A DNA stretch of 32,000 nucleotides from assembly GCA_016699205.1 (NCBI GenBank), contig CP064964.1, positions 450,001-482,000 of the forward strand, given 5' to 3'. Of this stretch, positions 31,895-32,000 are shown piece by piece; the first letter of the stretch is position 1, and each line of letters starts with the position of its first letter. The position numbers and the translations under genes were made by a program. Under the pieces are notes generated by a model, which had not been told where the DNA came from, searched no databases, and worked only from the letters and a program-made list of their open reading frames with translations. Source of the stretch: Candidatus Saccharimonadota bacterium (GTDB taxonomy: Bacteria; Patescibacteriota; Patescibacteriia; 2-12-FULL-60-25).

Positions 31895-31977
31895 CGAGCT
31901 TAGCTCGGTTCCACAAACCAATGCTGACGGAAGCTAAGCTTCCGACCTATGATTCGCGAAATCGAGCTAAGCTCGAT
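31895..31977. repeat. Three related short palindromes in the inter-tRNA spacer
   Basis: They are CGAGCTtAGCTCG (31895-31907), GGAAGCTaAGCTTCC (31929-31943) and ATCGAGCTaAGCTCGAT (31961-31977). All share the core AGCT-W-AGCT. Confidence 0.7.
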
Positions 31978-32000
31978 GGAGCCACAGACCGGGATTGAAC
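31977..32000 (-). tRNA. 3' end of a tRNA truncated by the window edge (identity undetermined)
   Basis: The reverse complement reads G-TTCAATC-CCGGT-CTGTGGC-T-CCA, that is T-loop, T-stem, acceptor 3' strand, discriminator and CCA. Confidence 0.6.

Overview
Gene-dense 32-kb stretch of a compact bacterial chromosome, by eye about 50-55% GC. The gene content is reminiscent of a small-genome Patescibacteria/CPR-like organism, but that taxonomic guess is low confidence: GerMN/Gmad2 surface proteins, a C39-like peptidase, a degenerate MetK-like protein and many apparently leaderless promoters. I can support about 30 host-like genes, mostly on the minus strand. They are xseB/xseA, a CapA-like phosphoesterase, a GerMN/Gmad2 protein, a C39-like peptidase, a cyclophilin lipoprotein, a MetK-like protein, uvrD/pcrA, mltG, a PAP2 phosphatase, nth, gpmI, a FecR-domain protein, a YibE/F protein, a TM0106-type RecB-like nuclease, tandem spermidine-synthase-like membrane proteins, rpmG (L33, below the ORF-track cutoff), a DUF4230 protein, a coiled-coil protein, a small RecD/Dda-like SF1 helicase, msrB, a Gmad2 lipoprotein, a DUF1801 protein and a PhnB/VOC protein. 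RNA genes are tRNA-Pro(CGG), tRNA-Thr(UGU), tRNA-Tyr(GUA) and the 3' end of a fourth tRNA at the right edge. No CRISPR array, integrase, transposase or rRNA is visible. The most unusual signal is a dispersed set of six monocistronic orphan cassettes at 4908-5960, 6105-6659, 10863-11402, 15462-17447, 25360-25917 and 27265-27861. Most of them carry their own TTGACA promoter, a Shine-Dalgarno-containing 5'UTR and a hairpin terminator. Three have strikingly GC3-rich codon usage and the other three are intermediate. They are wedged into tight gaps between housekeeping transcription units. Only one has a recognisable domain: FHA, in a 661-aa membrane protein with a Thr/Glu repeat. Several share extended promoter sequence (TTGACAAAACCGC, or TTGACAA.AC....TATTTT..TATAAA..ACGACAG). 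Many neighbouring host genes instead look leaderless, with the -10 box 6-8 nt before the ATG. All functional calls come from reading the translated ORFs and from motif memory. No database search was possible.
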